Source: Diadema antillarum (taxonomy: Eukaryota). Taken from it: a stretch of 64,000 bases of DNA. This document shows, piece by piece, positions 61,834 to 64,000 of the stretch. The position numbers and the translations under genes are program-made. The notes under the pieces were generated by a model. That model ran no database searches. It was not told where the DNA came from and saw nothing but the letters and a program-made list of their open reading frames with translations. The stretch lies in NCBI RefSeq assembly GCF_040938485.1, contig NW_027270993.1, positions 248,001 to 312,000 on the forward strand, given 5' to 3'. Position 1 is the first letter of the stretch; every line of letters starts with the position of its first letter.

Positions 61834-63140
61834 TAGGTGACAATATCAAACTATACCTTGAGTTGTTTCTCTTTGAGTCAGTGTGATTATCTGAACTTTA
61901 TGATAAATGTATCTACTCTTCATTGTTTACCCAGCAATTTAGTATTCGACATGAATAGAACATCTCATAATCCGACAAATATGATTTCTATGTATATTTT
62001 TACTGACGAAAACAGGAAAAGAGGGAAAATAGTTTCCTTGCTTCTTTCAAAACGTTTTCCCTTTGTTATGTCAGTACTTTTTTCTCAAAATAAGATGGAG
62101 TGGATGTGAAGTTTGAATGACTGGTTGTATTTATATATTCACTATGTAGCTATAGAAATATTTATTTTGACTGAGACGTGCTTTTTTAAGCAAGATGTAA
62201 TGTTTTATAACTTCTGAAGAGTTCTATGCGGCCATGGAAAACAATTCGAATATTTACAAGAAAGTTTTAAAAGTAATAGCTGATACGTATTGTTCACGCC
62301 GACTTTTTATGATAATACTGATCTGATTAGCATATTTTTTTTTCTGTCTTCTTGATATCAATCGTATGCCCCGCTTTGGCATGGAGTCTTTGCTCTGAGT
62401 TGGATATACATCGTGATAAAGCGCCCTCACTCATCTAACTCATCTACGAGGTCTGCGAACAGTCGGGTTTCTATACATGTATATGATAGCCCCGAAAATA
62501 GTGTGTACAACCACCAATATGTGACATTTACTGATGGTAAAAACACAGCGTATCGATTCTATTGAATTAGACTTCATAAACAAGCCGAATGATAACTCAA
62601 ATTGTAAACCCCCCACACACACACACATACATACACACACGCGCACACACGCACACCCAGAAAGAATAATCATGCGATCTCACAATGCCGATATAAATGT
62701 CATTGTTTGTATTTATAGTCTTCATTCGCTATGGTGGTTGTACAAAATGATATTCGTTTGTGTGACATACCCATCCACGGTGTTGCAGGTCAATGTAATA
62801 TAATCATGATCTATTTTCATTAGAGCTAAACCTGCGTTCTCTATCTTAGCTAATGAATAAAACGTGCTGTGTTTGACACCATACACTGTGTGCTGTGTAC
62901 TCTTGAATGCCACTTATGCCAGATATGTTTGTACAGTGTGTTACTGGATGCAGCATTAATCAGTCTCACATTGTTTTCTCAGAAGACTGCATGGTATAAC
63001 TTTTTGCAGGGGCATCCCGCAATTAAATACATGTAATTAACTGATACCTATCAGTAATTGGTACAACACGCACACACATACATACATGTATGTATGTATA
63101 TATATTATTATGTATATATATGTATGTATGTATGTATATA

Positions 63141-63278
63141 TTTTGGTGCTCCCCCCCCCCCCCCCCCCACCAAAAAAGAAAAAAAGTATTGGCCCAAAAT
63201 TAAGGGAAACAAAAGAGCAATCCATTATTAAGTCTTCATTGCCCAAACAGGCCATCAGAAGATAACCCTGGGAGATAT

Positions 63279-63322
<44 letters not shown>

Positions 63323-63561
63323 TTATATATAATATATTATACATATTATATATACATATTATGATATTAGGCCTTGACACTAGCTTTTTCTCTAGTGTCC
63401 CATTCGTGCCAATGATACTTTTATATTTCAGATTTTGGTGCTTCCCCCCACCCCCCACAATAAAAAAAGAAAAAAGTATTGGTCCAAAATTAAGGGAAAC
63501 AAAAAAAGATCCATTTTCAGTCTTACTTACCCAATCAGGCCATCAGAAGATAACCTTGGGA
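63141..63561. repeat. Local direct duplication of ~130 bp (63141-63273, 63433-63561) separated by a TA-rich spacer
   Basis: TTTTGGTGCT-Cn..AAAGTATTGG.CCAAAATTAAGGGAAACAAAA..CAGGCCATCAGAAGATAACC.TGGGA occurs twice. Confidence 0.85.
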
Positions 63562-63629
63562 AATTTGGTAGCCTAACATCAATTTTTAGTGACCCAAAGC
63601 CATCGCTAACGTCAAGCCCTGCATATATA

Positions 63630-63816
63630 CAGTGCACTCCCGTTATAACGAACACTATTTTAACGAAATTCCAGTTACAACGAAGTAAAAATTCAGGCAG
63701 CAACTTTATCCACACCATTTATTTCTATTGTTTATTTGTTCAGTTATAACGAAATTTTCAATATAACGAAAGAAAACTGCCAGTCCCTAGGACTTCGTTA
63801 TAACGGGAGTCCACTG
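63630..63816. mobile_element. Tigger-like MITE
   Basis: TA-CAGTGCACTCCCGTTATAACGAA...TTCGTTATAACGGGAGTCCACTG-TA. Confidence 0.9.
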
Positions 63817-64000
63817 TACATGTATGAGCACGGATCAAGTAGTTACGATATTTCAACAAGAACTACTACATGTAGTTTCTAGCAATACAAATGTGGTGGT
63901 ATCTGAAATGAGAATGGCTCGAGAAAGGCAAAGAAATGTAGACACAGCACAATTTTATGGCTAAATGCTTTTGTTAAAACTTATAGAAACTTTATTCATG

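Overview
Eukaryotic (metazoan) genomic DNA, AT-rich, intron- and transposon-rich, with three N-gaps. It is most likely a sea urchin: the histone genes carry the CAAGAAAGA downstream element and late-type H2A/H2B sequences. I reconstructed four spliced genes by hand, with codon phase consistent at every junction: the 5' part of a stabilin-1/2-like gene (- strand, runs off the left edge), LAMTOR5 (-), ABHD14B-like (+, head-to-head with LAMTOR5) and WIF1 (+, 7 exons, only 2 EGF repeats). The most striking structure lies in WIF1 intron 3: a divergent pair of replication-dependent histone genes (H2B on -, a short-tailed H2A on +), with a near-intact RNase H-bearing I-group LINE between them, splitting the presumed shared promoter. 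The remainder holds many non-autonomous DNA transposons (Tc1/pogo-like, Kolobok-like, Helentron/HINE, and a 3.9 kb Academ-like foldback nested in an L2-type LINE), two of them carrying ~159-160 bp tandem arrays. There are no CRISPR arrays, rRNA or complete tRNA genes. All homology calls come from recognising motifs by eye; no database searches were run.
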